A DNA stretch of 64,000 nt from Spirochaetota bacterium (GTDB taxonomy: Bacteria > Spirochaetota > UBA4802 > UBA5550), in contig DAISJZ010000001.1 of the NCBI GenBank assembly GCA_036821145.1, positions 19,900 to 83,899 of the forward strand, in the 5' to 3' direction. Both the position numbers and the translations under genes were made by a program. Position 1 is the first letter of the stretch. The number at the start of each line of letters is the position of its first letter. This document shows, piece by piece, positions 39,752 to 49,757 of this stretch. Below the pieces are notes generated by a model, which saw nothing but the letters and a program-made list of their open reading frames with translations, had not been told where the DNA came from and searched no databases.

Positions 39752-41087
39752 CATGAGTTACACAGGTCTTTCTCCAGAGCAGAGGGATTCGATGCTTAAA
39801 GCAGCAGGTGTCGCCAGTATAGATGATCTATTCATCGATATTCCGGATAACATTCAGACAGATTGTATTTCAGGACTTCCTGAACAGCTGTCTGAAATAG
39901 AAATTGAACGGGAACTTGATTTAATAGGTTCAAAGAATGCTTCTTACAATAAAATATTTACCGGCGGCGGGGCATATAATCATTATATCCCTCCGGTGGT
40001 AGATGAAATTGCCGGCCGATCTGAATTTTATACATCTTATACTCCATATCAGCCTGAAGTTAGTCAGGGGACACTTGCGGCAATATACGAATTCCAGACA
40101 ATGATATCATCGCTCACCGGACTTGATATAACAAATGCAAGCATGTATGATGGTGCTACATCTCTTGCTGAAGCTGCGATGATGGGAATCAGAACCAACG
40201 GACGTCGAAAAGTTATAATTAGCAGAGGCGTACATCCTGATTATCGTAAAGTATTAAATACATACGCATGGGCTGGGGATTTTGATGTTATCGAAATACC
40301 TCTGCTAAAAGGATTAACTGATTTAGAGAAACTTCAGGAACTGATTGATGAAAACACTTCATCAATAATAATTCAATCTCCTAATTTTTTGGGGAATATT
40401 GAAGATGTAAGATCATACAGCACTGCTGCTGAAAATTATGGAATAATGCTTATAACTGCGGTTGCAGAAGCAATGAGTCTCGGTCTTCTGAAAGGCCCGG
40501 GAGAACTTGGAGCTTCAGTGGTATGCGGGGAAATTCAGAGTTTTGGGAACCCGCTTAATTTCGGAGGGCCTTACGCAGGATATATCTCAGCAAAAAAAGA
40601 TTTTCTGAGGAGAATGCCCGGAAGGCTCGTCGGTCAGACAGAGGATACTTCAGGAAACAGGGCTTTTGCCTTAACCCTGCAGACAAGGGAACAGCATATA
40701 AGAAGAGAGAAAGCAACATCAAATATCTGTACAAACGAAGGTCTTATTGCTCTCAGGGCAGCAGTTTACCTGAGTTTAACAGGAGTGAAACTCAATTCTC
40801 TTGCTCGACTTAATCATAATACCGCAGCTTATCTTAAAAATCAAATTGCAGAAGCCGGTATAAAAATAGTTCATGAAGATTTACCCTTCTTCAACGAATT
40901 TCTGATTAAACCTGTTGATTCAAAAAAATTTATTACAGAATTCAGGCGGAGGGGTATTAATCCCGGCATAGAAATCGGAAGATGGTATAGTGAGTATGAG
41001 GGATGTATTCTTGTATGTGCGACTGAGATGATTTCTATAAATGACGCTGATGAGTATTGTCGTATACTAAAGGAGGCGTCATTATGA
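39744..41087 (+). CDS. gcvPA: glycine dehydrogenase (decarboxylating) subunit 1
   Basis: GcvPA-like sequence; start overlaps the gcvH stop. Confidence 0.9.
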   Translation: MNSMSYTGLSPEQRDSMLKAAGVASIDDLFIDIPDNIQTDCISGLPEQLSEIEIERELDLIGSKNASYNKIFTGGGAYNHYIPPVVDEIAGRSEFYTSYTPYQPEVSQGTLAAIYEFQTMISSLTGLDITNASMYDGATSLAEAAMMGIRTNGRRKVIISRGVHPDYRKVLNTYAWAGDFDVIEIPLLKGLTDLEKLQELIDENTSSIIIQSPNFLGNIEDVRSYSTAAENYGIMLITAVAEAMSLGLLKGPGELGASVVCGEIQSFGNPLNFGGPYAGYISAKKDFLRRMPGRLVGQTEDTSGNRAFALTLQTREQHIRREKATSNICTNEGLIALRAAVYLSLTGVKLNSLARLNHNTAAYLKNQIAEAGIKIVHEDLPFFNEFLIKPVDSKKFITEFRRRGINPGIEIGRWYSEYEGCILVCATEMISINDADEYCRILKEASL

Positions 41088-42514
41088 GTACAGAACTGAT
41101 TTTTGAAAAAAGCGCTGCGGGACAAAACAGCTATACACTTCCGGAATGGAAAGGGCCATTATCAGCTATTATTCCGGATCAATACATAAGAACAGAAATT
41201 GATTTACCTGATTGCAGTGAACCTGCTGTTGTCAGACATTACAATAATCTATCAAGGATGAATTTTGGTGTGGATAACGGCATGTATCCCCTGGGAAGCT
41301 GTACCATGAAATATAATCCTAAAATAAATGAACGGATTGCAGGTAAACAATCATTTTCATCGCTCCATCCTTTTGCGGGTGAAGAAAGTAGCCAGGGTGC
41401 ATTGCGTATACTTTTTGAATTATCTGAATACCTGTGCCGGATAACGGGTTTAGGGGGATTCTCCCTTTCCCCTGCAGCTGGTTCTCATGGAGAATTGGCA
41501 GGCGTTATGGTTATAAAAAAATACTTTGAAAGTATAAATGAAAAAAGAAAAACAATTCTTATCCCCGATTCAGCACACGGGACAAACCCCGCTTCAGTTG
41601 CCATGTGCGGTTTTAATGTTAAGGAGGTACCCTCTAACAGTGAAGGGGATGTGGATTTTGAAAAATTCATGGATATGCTTGATAAAGATGTTGCAGGTAT
41701 GATGCTTACCTGCCCCAATACTCTTGGTCTCTTCGACAGAAATATAATGCGCATATCAGAAGCTCTTCATGAAAACGGTTCACTTTTTTATGGAGATGGG
41801 GCGAATCTAAATGCTCTTGTCGGCAGAGTACGGTTCAGAGATGTGGGATTTGACCTTATGCACATCAATCTTCATAAAACATTTTCGACCCCGCATGGCG
41901 GAGGCGGGCCCGGATCAGGTCCTTTGGGAGCCGCGGAACATCTTGTTAAATTTCTTCCTGTACCGGTTATTATTAAAGATGGTGAATGCTTCAAAGAAAT
42001 TTATGACAGGCCTGACACCATTGGCAGGATACATTCATTTTACGGAAATTTCAGCATCTGCCTAAGAGCATACGTTTACATCCGTATGCTTGGCTGTGAC
42101 GGTTTAAGAGATATATCTGACACAGCCGTTCTTAATGCAAATTACCTGATGTCGCAATTAGAAACCATATACAATGTCCCGATAAAGAGAAGATGCATGC
42201 ATGAATTTGTTTTAAATGATAAAGGCCTTCCTCATGGAATCACCACTAATGATATATCAAAGAGAATTCTTGATCATGGATTTCATTCACCAACAGTTTA
42301 TTTTCCGCTTCTTGTTCACGGAGCTTTAATGATCGAACCTACTGAAACAGAAAGTTATGACTCTCTTCAAAAATTTATTGAAGTAATGAAAAAGATCCGT
42401 AAAGAATGTGACACAGAACCTGAAAAAATACTTGGTGCACCGCATAACACTCCGGTTAAGCGGGTGGATACCGTACTTGCCGCAAAAAAACCTGTTCTGA
42501 AATGGGGTGACTGA
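41084..42514 (+). CDS. gcvPB: glycine dehydrogenase (decarboxylating) subunit 2
   Basis: ATG 41084 overlaps the gcvPA stop (ATGA) with GGAGG RBS; PLP-lysine region INLHKTFSTPHGGGGPG. Confidence 0.9.
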   Translation: MSTELIFEKSAAGQNSYTLPEWKGPLSAIIPDQYIRTEIDLPDCSEPAVVRHYNNLSRMNFGVDNGMYPLGSCTMKYNPKINERIAGKQSFSSLHPFAGEESSQGALRILFELSEYLCRITGLGGFSLSPAAGSHGELAGVMVIKKYFESINEKRKTILIPDSAHGTNPASVAMCGFNVKEVPSNSEGDVDFEKFMDMLDKDVAGMMLTCPNTLGLFDRNIMRISEALHENGSLFYGDGANLNALVGRVRFRDVGFDLMHINLHKTFSTPHGGGGPGSGPLGAAEHLVKFLPVPVIIKDGECFKEIYDRPDTIGRIHSFYGNFSICLRAYVYIRMLGCDGLRDISDTAVLNANYLMSQLETIYNVPIKRRCMHEFVLNDKGLPHGITTNDISKRILDHGFHSPTVYFPLLVHGALMIEPTETESYDSLQKFIEVMKKIRKECDTEPEKILGAPHNTPVKRVDTVLAAKKPVLKWGD

Positions 42515-43355
42515 TACGGAAAGAAAACCTCACTGGATACGATATAAAATCCCCGGCGGAGAAAACTATCTGAAGGTTAAGCGTACAGTCAGCCGCCTAA
42601 ATCTGCATACAATCTGTACAGAATCCGGATGCCCGAATTACGGAGAATGTTTCGCAAGAGGTACTGCAACTTTTCTGATACTTGGAGATACCTGTACAAG
42701 AAACTGCAGGTATTGTGCAGTAAACAAGGGAATTCCTGCTGAACCGGATTATACAGAACCTGAAAGAGTAGCGCAGGCCGTAAGTGAACTTAATCTGAAG
42801 TATATTGTTATAACCTCTGTCACAAGAGACGATATCACTGATGGCGGGGCAGCTATATTTGCTGAAACATGCCGCCGCATATCGTTGTTAAATCCTGAGA
42901 GCAGAATTGAACTTCTTGTTCCTGACTTCAGGAACTCTCTGGAACATTCACTTAGTGTAATATTAAAAGAAAAAATAAGTATTCTGAATCATAATATCGA
43001 AACTGTAAAAGAATTTTTCTCAATCCTCAGACCAGCCGGGGATTATGCAAATTCATTGCGTCTCATGAAGCTTGCGTCTGAAACGGGTCCAACAGTTAAA
43101 TCAGGACTAATGATCGGATTCGGTGAAACATTAGATCAGATTAAGGCAACACTCGAAACACTCATTAATACAGGCTGTAAAATTGTAACAGTCGGACAAT
43201 ATCTTAAACCGGGCAAAAAATTTTATGACGTTAGAAAATATTATCATCCGGATGAATTTGAAGAGATTAAGGAATATGCGATTAATATAGGCTTCAAAAA
43301 AGCCCTTTGCGGCCCCAATGTACGAAGCTCATACCTTGCTGAAACAATAATCTGA
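42507..43355 (+). CDS. lipA: lipoyl synthase, radical SAM
   Basis: CTRNCRYC radical-SAM cluster plus auxiliary-cluster Cys (CTESGCPNYGEC). Confidence 0.9.
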   Translation: MTDTERKPHWIRYKIPGGENYLKVKRTVSRLNLHTICTESGCPNYGECFARGTATFLILGDTCTRNCRYCAVNKGIPAEPDYTEPERVAQAVSELNLKYIVITSVTRDDITDGGAAIFAETCRRISLLNPESRIELLVPDFRNSLEHSLSVILKEKISILNHNIETVKEFFSILRPAGDYANSLRLMKLASETGPTVKSGLMIGFGETLDQIKATLETLINTGCKIVTVGQYLKPGKKFYDVRKYYHPDEFEEIKEYAINIGFKKALCGPNVRSSYLAETII

Positions 43356-43370
43356 TAGCAGGAAAGCACT

Positions 43371-44138
43371 ATGAATGAATTCAGACTTATTATTGATCCC
43401 CCCATGAATGCGGCTGTAAATATGGCACGTGATTTAGCCATTCTTGAAATGCAATCATTAAAAAATCCGGTACCTACACTAAGAATTTACCGCTGGTCCT
43501 ATCCATCAGTCACAATAGGTTACTTTCAGAAGCTTGATGACTCCGTTAATCTGGAATACTGTCATAAAAACGGCATTTCCGTTACACGAAGAGTAACAGG
43601 CGGAGGCACAGTTCTTCATCATAAAGAGCTGACATACAGCTTCACTTTACCGGTGAAAAAAAAAATAGTTCCTGAATCCGTTGAGGATTCATTCAGATAC
43701 ATAATTGCCCCTTTAATCGACTCTATTAAATCTCTCTCCCTTGATGCAGAATACAGACCGGTTAATGATATAATAATTAATAACAAAAAAATATCAGGAA
43801 GCGCCCAGGTTAGAAAAAAAGGTATTCTACAGCAGCACGGAACGCTGCTTATTGATATTGATAAACAGCTTCTTTACTCAGCAATCAAAATAAACGTTGA
43901 TAAACTTAAATCTAAAGGTTTTAAAACACCCGCAGATTCGATAACTTCATTATGCGGTGAATTAAATAATAAAGCGGATGATGAATTTACTGACGACCTT
44001 ATAGTTAAACTGATAAGCAGTTTTTCAGAATCCATGCATATTAAATTTTTACTTGGTGATCTCTCCATGGCAGAGAGTGCAATTATGAACTCATATATAT
44101 CAAAATTTAATAATAAACAATGGAATGATTCGAAGTGA
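43371..44138 (+). CDS. lipoate-protein ligase / octanoyltransferase (BPL/LPL catalytic domain; LplA/LipM-like)
   Basis: BPL_LplA_LipB-type catalytic domain (RRVTGGGTVLHH, KISGSAQ); operonic with gcv and lipA. Confidence 0.75.
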   Translation: MNEFRLIIDPPMNAAVNMARDLAILEMQSLKNPVPTLRIYRWSYPSVTIGYFQKLDDSVNLEYCHKNGISVTRRVTGGGTVLHHKELTYSFTLPVKKKIVPESVEDSFRYIIAPLIDSIKSLSLDAEYRPVNDIIINNKKISGSAQVRKKGILQQHGTLLIDIDKQLLYSAIKINVDKLKSKGFKTPADSITSLCGELNNKADDEFTDDLIVKLISSFSESMHIKFLLGDLSMAESAIMNSYISKFNNKQWNDSK

Positions 44139-44149
44139 CAATTCCGGAA

Positions 44150-45553
44150 TTATTTAACAGGGTCAATTTTCAGTATTCCATTTTCAATTTTTAATATTGA
44201 TTTTTTCACTTCATCTTTGATAAGTTTTTGTATATCCGGAAAATTAATAACAACACCCGGATACATTATTCCATTAACACGAATAGATGCATTCTTTATA
44301 TCAGAAAGTGTATCAAGCACTGTTACCTGCTTTTCAAGAACTTTATTGATCTGTTCCTCAATACGTTCTTTCATTTTAATCAGGTCCTTTGCCTGATTAG
44401 CAATAGTAGCCGGCAGCTGTTTTTTTATCATGGAAATCCGGCTGATTTTTTTTAAAGCCTGATTAATATGACCAAGATCGTGAATGTTTTTTGTCTGCTC
44501 AGAGTCAATCAGTGTCAGCTGCTGCCGAAGTTCTGCAGAAAAGCCTGCTGAAACGATTGTCTTTAATCCGCTGCTGTTGCCTATAGTATTTGCTTCAATT
44601 CCTGAAAATGCAACAGATGTGCCACCGGCAATCATACCTTTTTTCTTTGTAACAATAATAGATCCATCTGCATGAGATACACAGTTAATAAGATAATCGG
44701 CAGCTATAATATCTTTCCCGGCCTGCATTTTGCTGTTCACCGCGTAGGATATAGTTATAGAACCTCCGGCGCGAATTATCCCCCTCTGTCCTCCTGCACA
44801 TCCATGAGCATAAATATCTCCGCCGGAGTATACTTCAGCATCCTCAATTATTCCATATACCTGTATAGAACCTGTACATTTTACTGTGAAACCTGAAAGT
44901 ATATCACCTCTAAGTATTATTGATCCCGTGAAATCAATATTTCCTACAGAATAGTCAACATTCCCCTGAATTTCAAGAAGCGGAACAACATCGATTCTTG
45001 TTTCATTAACAGGAACAACTGCACCATTTTCAGTAGCAAGAAGATATGAACTGTCTTCGGGATCAACAGCTGTATTTATACCTGAAGGCATTTTTATATC
45101 AATAGCATTTCCGGAAGTTATGACTTCTCCAGTTACAGAAATACCGTCTTTACCGGATACAGCAGGATGTAAGCGGATAATTCTATCCCCTTTGCTGACT
45201 GTTTTTATTCTGCTCCGGTTTTTATGGTCAACTGCATCCATGTCAGCAGGATCAAATTCCTTTTCCTGTTTCTTATAAAGATACTCAATCCATCCATCCA
45301 CCGAAGGTATCATTTTTACTCCCCGCGCTACACAGACGGGAGTAGAGTGAATTTTTTCATTAATGATCCGGGTAACTTCATCTTTCAATATAGTAGAGGA
45401 AATACCATTACTATTTAGCAGATTTATTATGTAATCCGTATCAGGCCAGGGTTCATTACGGGGTAGGGAGATTGAAATAAAAGCTTCAATTAAATCAGCG
45501 CTTATCTCAAGTTTAATATTATTATCAATTGGTTTATTATTTACTTCTTCCAT
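44150..45553 (-). CDS. FapA (DUF342, flagellar-assembly-protein-A-like) beta-helix protein
   Basis: Long glycine-rich beta-helical repeats (GNIDFTGSIILRGDI..., GGDIYAHGCAGGQRGIIRAGGSITI...) typical of DUF342, plus a C-terminal coiled coil. Confidence 0.55.
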   Translation of the reverse strand: MEEVNNKPIDNNIKLEISADLIEAFISISLPRNEPWPDTDYIINLLNSNGISSTILKDEVTRIINEKIHSTPVCVARGVKMIPSVDGWIEYLYKKQEKEFDPADMDAVDHKNRSRIKTVSKGDRIIRLHPAVSGKDGISVTGEVITSGNAIDIKMPSGINTAVDPEDSSYLLATENGAVVPVNETRIDVVPLLEIQGNVDYSVGNIDFTGSIILRGDILSGFTVKCTGSIQVYGIIEDAEVYSGGDIYAHGCAGGQRGIIRAGGSITISYAVNSKMQAGKDIIAADYLINCVSHADGSIIVTKKKGMIAGGTSVAFSGIEANTIGNSSGLKTIVSAGFSAELRQQLTLIDSEQTKNIHDLGHINQALKKISRISMIKKQLPATIANQAKDLIKMKERIEEQINKVLEKQVTVLDTLSDIKNASIRVNGIMYPGVVINFPDIQKLIKDEVKKSILKIENGILKIDPVK

Positions 45554-45564
45554 TTTTTAATTAC

Positions 45565-46041
45565 TTACCCTGATGCTACAAGTGAAATAATATCACGGGA
45601 TGTCACTATGCCTCGAATTTCCCTGTCTGCTGTAATTACGACATGATTTATTTTCTGTTCTTTCATTATTCGGCAGATTTCATTTACCGGGGTTTCTTCC
45701 GTTGCTGTAATTACATTTATCGTCATTAAATCATTTACAGTAATAGTCCTGTTAAATTTATCTATCATATCTGAAAAAGAGGGCCAGTTATCAGTTTCTT
45801 TATACTCTGTAAAAATCCCTTTTATCGATTTTTCATATAACGAACTTAATTCACGCTTTAATTCAAAAACCAGCAGATCAGTTCTTGTTACTATACCTGT
45901 AAGCCGGTTATTATCATCCACAACCGGAAGTCCGGAAATACCATACTCGATCAATGCTGTTATAAAATCTGAAACTACTACATGAGCTTTAGTTGTTATT
46001 ACAGGTGATGACATTATATCTTTAGCTGAAATCTTTTTCAT
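45565..46041 (-). CDS. CBS domain pair protein
   Basis: Two CBS motifs (IMSSPVITT...GLPVVDDNNRLTGIVTRTD and LMTINVITA...HVVITADREIRGIVTSRD). Confidence 0.7.
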   Translation of the reverse strand: MKKISAKDIMSSPVITTKAHVVVSDFITALIEYGISGLPVVDDNNRLTGIVTRTDLLVFELKRELSSLYEKSIKGIFTEYKETDNWPSFSDMIDKFNRTITVNDLMTINVITATEETPVNEICRIMKEQKINHVVITADREIRGIVTSRDIISLVASG

Positions 46042-46255
46042 ATATAACCTGGCCGGTTTTATTACAAATATAGAATCAAAGATTTTATCTTAATTCTACT
46101 TTTCTTATATAATATTTAATAAATAAAGTAAAGTCAAGGGGCAATGGATATTTTGCGATTCATCGTTGAATTAATGGGTATCGGTACAGCTGAATTGTTC
46201 AGGTTTTTATTCTCAACCGAAAAGTTTCGAAAGAATGACGACAATAAATGGAAAA

Positions 46256-46879
46256 TTATATTTTAAAAATATCGGGAAACACGTTATCCATTATGTAGTT
46301 AAAAAGATCATCAATCAGTAATTTAATATTGGCGATAATATCAGCATCTTTATCATGTTCAGCAGTATCAGTAATCATTTTCCAGATATAAGCTTCAGCT
46401 CCGAATGTCCTGCAGGACTGGAGAAAACCGGCTCCCTCCATATCAATAATATCAGCATATTGTCCGACTGCTTCTCTGTCTTCAGGAGTAATTACAGGCC
46501 TGTCAAGTGTGGCAAGGGTAGCATTTTTATAACCGGGCAGTATATCAGGCTTCATAAGCCTGATCTTTTTATTAATAAGTTTCGGCCTGTCAAAATCAAC
46601 AACCTGTGTAATATGCAGAATATCCCCTGTATTAAACCCTGTACGGAGCCCTCCGGCAGCGCCGGTATTTATTAGACGAAGCAAGCCGTATTCTCTTATA
46701 AGAATTGAAGCAGCTAAAGCGGCATATACTTTTCCTATACCGGATATTATCAGTTCAAAACTGTCAGATGAAAAAACCGGAAAAGGTTTTTCAACAGTTT
46801 TTTCAAGAGCAAGACCTTTTATAAAAGGTGAAGCCTCAAGCATTGTCGCCATGACAATGCCGGTTTTTTTATCTGTCAT
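46256..46879 (-). CDS. mqnB: PNP/MTAN-family nucleosidase, probably futalosine hydrolase
   Basis: PNP_UDP_1-like fold (GIGKVYAALAASIL, INTGAAGGL); adjacent and overlapping with mqnD. Confidence 0.5.
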   Translation of the reverse strand: MTDKKTGIVMATMLEASPFIKGLALEKTVEKPFPVFSSDSFELIISGIGKVYAALAASILIREYGLLRLINTGAAGGLRTGFNTGDILHITQVVDFDRPKLINKKIRLMKPDILPGYKNATLATLDRPVITPEDREAVGQYADIIDMEGAGFLQSCRTFGAEAYIWKMITDTAEHDKDADIIANIKLLIDDLFNYIMDNVFPDIFKI

Positions 46880-47730
46880 ATAATACCTTTCTCTGAAGCA
46901 AGAGTTTCCAGTACATGAACAGCTTCAAGACCTTCATTCCCCAGATCAACAGAATAATTATTAACATATAATTTAATGTGATGATTTATTACATCATCAT
47001 TCATCTCTGCTGCATGCTGTTTTATAAAACCGCGTGATTCGACAGGATGAAGAAAAGCATACTGAACAGATTCCCTTATCATCCGTTCAATAGATTTTGT
47101 CAGTTTATCCCCGAGAGATCTTTTTATTGCAATACATCCAAGAGGGATAGGCATACCGGTCTTAGTTTCCCACCATTCACCAAGATCAACAACCTGATTT
47201 AAGCCATAATCATTGTATACAAATCTCCCTTCATGAATAATAACACCTGCGTCAAATTCTCCTGAAACAATACCCGGCATAATATTATCAAATCTTGTAT
47301 AAACCAGATCTGCTGCATCAGGTAAATATATTTTCAGCAGAAGAGCTGCCGTTGTAAGCTCACCGGGCACAGCGATACGGTGATTCTTATCAAGACTGCC
47401 GGATTTGCTAACAAGTATAGGGCCGCAACCGAAACCGAGGGCTGCTCCGGATCTGAGAAGTTTATATTTCTCTTTTAATTTAAGCCAGGCATGAAATGAA
47501 AGCTTTGTAACATCATTCAACTCAGACATCGCGGCCCTGTTCAGCTCTTCTACATCAGTTATATCTGTTTCAAATAAGAGCCCGTCAGTATCAATAAGTG
47601 AATGTGTCATCGCATGGAAAATAAAAGTATCATTGGGACAGGGTGAAAATCCGAGTTTTAATGTTTTCATAATTGAATAATCATTTTTTAAAACTATCCC
47701 GGTCAATAAAAAAACCGGGTTTAAATGCAA
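46876..47730 (-). CDS. mqnD: 1,4-dihydroxy-6-naphthoate synthase (futalosine pathway of menaquinone biosynthesis)
   Basis: N-terminal LKLGFSPCPNDTFIFHA signature of the MqnA/MqnD family. Confidence 0.6.
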   Translation of the reverse strand: MHLNPVFLLTGIVLKNDYSIMKTLKLGFSPCPNDTFIFHAMTHSLIDTDGLLFETDITDVEELNRAAMSELNDVTKLSFHAWLKLKEKYKLLRSGAALGFGCGPILVSKSGSLDKNHRIAVPGELTTAALLLKIYLPDAADLVYTRFDNIMPGIVSGEFDAGVIIHEGRFVYNDYGLNQVVDLGEWWETKTGMPIPLGCIAIKRSLGDKLTKSIERMIRESVQYAFLHPVESRGFIKQHAAEMNDDVINHHIKLYVNNYSVDLGNEGLEAVHVLETLASEKGII

Positions 47731-47816
47731 TAATACAAGGCTTTTCCATTATAAAATTTGACTGTGAGCGCTTTATATATTAATTATAATTAGCGAAAAT
47801 ATAAAGGAGGTTTTAA

Positions 47817-47993
47817 ATGGCTTACAGGATCAATGCTGATGAATGTACTGCCTGCGGCGCCTGTGAAGCAGTGTGTCCCGTTTCATGCATTACTGAAGAA
47901 AAAGACGGAAAAAGAAAGATAAACGAAGACGAATGTATAAGCTGCGGCTCATGCGCTTCTGAATGTCCTGTTGAATGTATTACTGAGGTATAA
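47817..47993 (+). CDS. 2x[4Fe-4S] ferredoxin (58 aa), absent from the supplied ORF track
   Basis: AAAGGAGG RBS; MAYRINADECTACGACEAVCPVSCI...DECISCGSCASECPVECI has two CxxCxxCxxxCP motifs. The overlapping minus-strand ORF 47822..48013 is rejected. Confidence 0.8.
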   Translation: MAYRINADECTACGACEAVCPVSCITEEKDGKRKINEDECISCGSCASECPVECITEV

Positions 47994-47999
47994 AATTCC

Positions 48000-48024
48000 G
48001 GAGCCGCAAACAAAAAGCGGCTCC
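48000..48024. terminator. stem-loop between convergent ferredoxin (+) and OMP (-) genes, a probable weak bidirectional terminator
   Basis: GGAGCCGC-aaacaaaaa-GCGGCTCC; only modest U-tracts on either side. Confidence 0.45.
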
Positions 48025-48046
48025 ACGAATTTAATGTTTCTTATTA

Positions 48047-48721
48047 TCAGAAGAGGTCAGTTCTAAAAAGATACCCGGTATTAAATGTATAATTCACAAG
48101 ATGAAGCTTATCTTTATCGTGTACTTTTAGTAAATCAGTAAAATAATATTCGGTCATGACTCCCATAAAAAAATCACTATAGGTCGTAACCATAAATCTC
48201 AGAATCAATCCTCCGGATGCGGCAACCTGGCTGGAATTTGTAAACCGCATAGCATTATCACTGGTCATACCTGATGCGAGTGTGGCATTTGTTGACATTT
48301 CGGATGAATAAATGTATGTATATGTAATCCCCGCATGAATATCTAATGAAGATGCCGGTCCTTTAAGTGTAGCAATAAAATGAAATGGTGCGGATATTCC
48401 TTTAAATTTCCAGGTAGCATCATAATCAAGGCCTGTTGCTTCTTCAGTCATTGAAAAATCAACTTTGAAATACCTGTATTCCACACCTGTCCCGGCTGAG
48501 AGATATTTAGCAAGGCGTTTCTGTAAAGTAATTCCTCCGCCTATAATATATCCGGGATCAAAATCGTCGCCAGGTTCATTTGAATCAAGTGTGTTTGTTC
48601 CGAATAAACCAGTAATACCGATACTTATACCGGGCCCATCAGCACTTTCACCCTCAGCGAAAACTGAAACTGAAATAAATAAAAACAGAATAAGTGTCAA
48701 TATCACAGAGAAGTTTTTCAT
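48047..48721 (-). CDS. outer-membrane beta-barrel protein (OmpW/OmpA-like small porin)
   Basis: Signal peptide; alternating amphipathic beta-strand pattern; C-terminal aromatic residue (...RTDLF). Confidence 0.6.
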   Translation of the reverse strand: MKNFSVILTLILFLFISVSVFAEGESADGPGISIGITGLFGTNTLDSNEPGDDFDPGYIIGGGITLQKRLAKYLSAGTGVEYRYFKVDFSMTEEATGLDYDATWKFKGISAPFHFIATLKGPASSLDIHAGITYTYIYSSEMSTNATLASGMTSDNAMRFTNSSQVAASGGLILRFMVTTYSDFFMGVMTEYYFTDLLKVHDKDKLHLVNYTFNTGYLFRTDLF

Positions 48722-48726
48722 TAGTA

Positions 48727-49095
48727 TCAGCCCTGTGGTTCTCCATCCATAATACAGGTTCCGTTGAATACAGCACCGCTTTCCATCACTATTTCAGGTG
48801 CAACTATATCTGCGCTGGTTTTACTTTTCTTATAAAGCTCAATTTTTTTTGCAGCTTTTATTTTACCGTTGATATTTCCGCTCACAGAGACAGTTGTTGC
48901 ATTGATTTCAGCGCTGGTATTCGATTCCCTGCCGATTATAAGATGTCCGTCAGAGAATATTTTCCCTTCAAATTTACCTTTTATTTTAAGGGAATTTTTA
49001 AATTTCAAAGTCCCTTTAAATTCAATATCTTCAGCAATGACTGTATCAATTTTATTTTCATCTTCAACTAATTCTTTAATGTCAGACATTATCAT
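48727..49095 (-). CDS. bactofilin family cytoskeletal protein
   Basis: DUF583 beta-helical repeats (TLKFKNSLKIKGKFEGKIFSDGHLIIG...VSVSGNINGKIKAAKKIEL). Confidence 0.8.
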   Translation of the reverse strand: MIMSDIKELVEDENKIDTVIAEDIEFKGTLKFKNSLKIKGKFEGKIFSDGHLIIGRESNTSAEINATTVSVSGNINGKIKAAKKIELYKKSKTSADIVAPEIVMESGAVFNGTCIMDGEPQG

Positions 49096-49222
49096 CTCCG
49101 GAATTTTTATAATTGTAAATAATAAACCGGTACTATTTTATTGTCAAACAAAAAGGTATTGATTTCTCTTATTATTAGTACTCTTTGTAATACAGGTTTC
49201 AATTCAAATAAAGAAGGGAAAA

Positions 49223-49546
49223 ATGGAAGATATACTTATAAAAGCTAACGAACTGGGCCTCTTGATTAAAAAAACAGATGCCTGCAAAAATTTCGAAAAA
49301 CTGTCTGCAGAAATAGAGCAAGATGAAGATGCATCTTCACTCCTGAATAAATATAACGAAATTGCTGAAACAATTCAGAAAAAACAGGAATCAGGGGATA
49401 CAGTTGAAAAATATGAACAGGAGATGTTTAAAGCCCTCACAGATACAGTTACCGGGAATAACCTGATACTTGAATATCTTAAAGCAAGGGATATATATAT
49501 TGATCTTCTAATGAAAATTCATAACTCGATTAGCGGGGAAAAATGA
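49223..49546 (+). CDS. YlbF/YmcA (UPF0342)-like helical regulatory protein
   Basis: 107 aa; size and helical pattern resemble the YlbF/YheA/YmcA family. Confidence 0.4.
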   Translation: MEDILIKANELGLLIKKTDACKNFEKLSAEIEQDEDASSLLNKYNEIAETIQKKQESGDTVEKYEQEMFKALTDTVTGNNLILEYLKARDIYIDLLMKIHNSISGEK

Positions 49547-49757
49547 TTTTTTTGATTCTATTTTAAAATATCGTCCCGCCCTAAAAACTCTTGACGGATT
49601 ATAATTTTAAGATAAAAATTATACTATAAGATTTAAAATATTTGAAATCTATCCGGATTTTTTATATTTTTATTATAACATTTTTGGTATTCTTTTCCCT
49701 TATTTCGCTGTATATTATACCGGTATACGGCAATCAAAAAAAATAGAGGGTGGTGAA

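Noticed and set aside
47822-48013. ORF-track minus-strand 63-aa ORF
   Set aside because: The plus strand encodes a textbook 2x[4Fe-4S] ferredoxin (47817..47993) with a perfect RBS. The minus-strand ORF is its antisense shadow.
49547-49757. Sigma70 promoter for the SPFH cluster (TTGACG at ~49590)
   Set aside because: No -10 hexamer at 16-18 bp spacing. A promoter is probably present in this 210-bp AT-rich gap but cannot be pinned down by eye.
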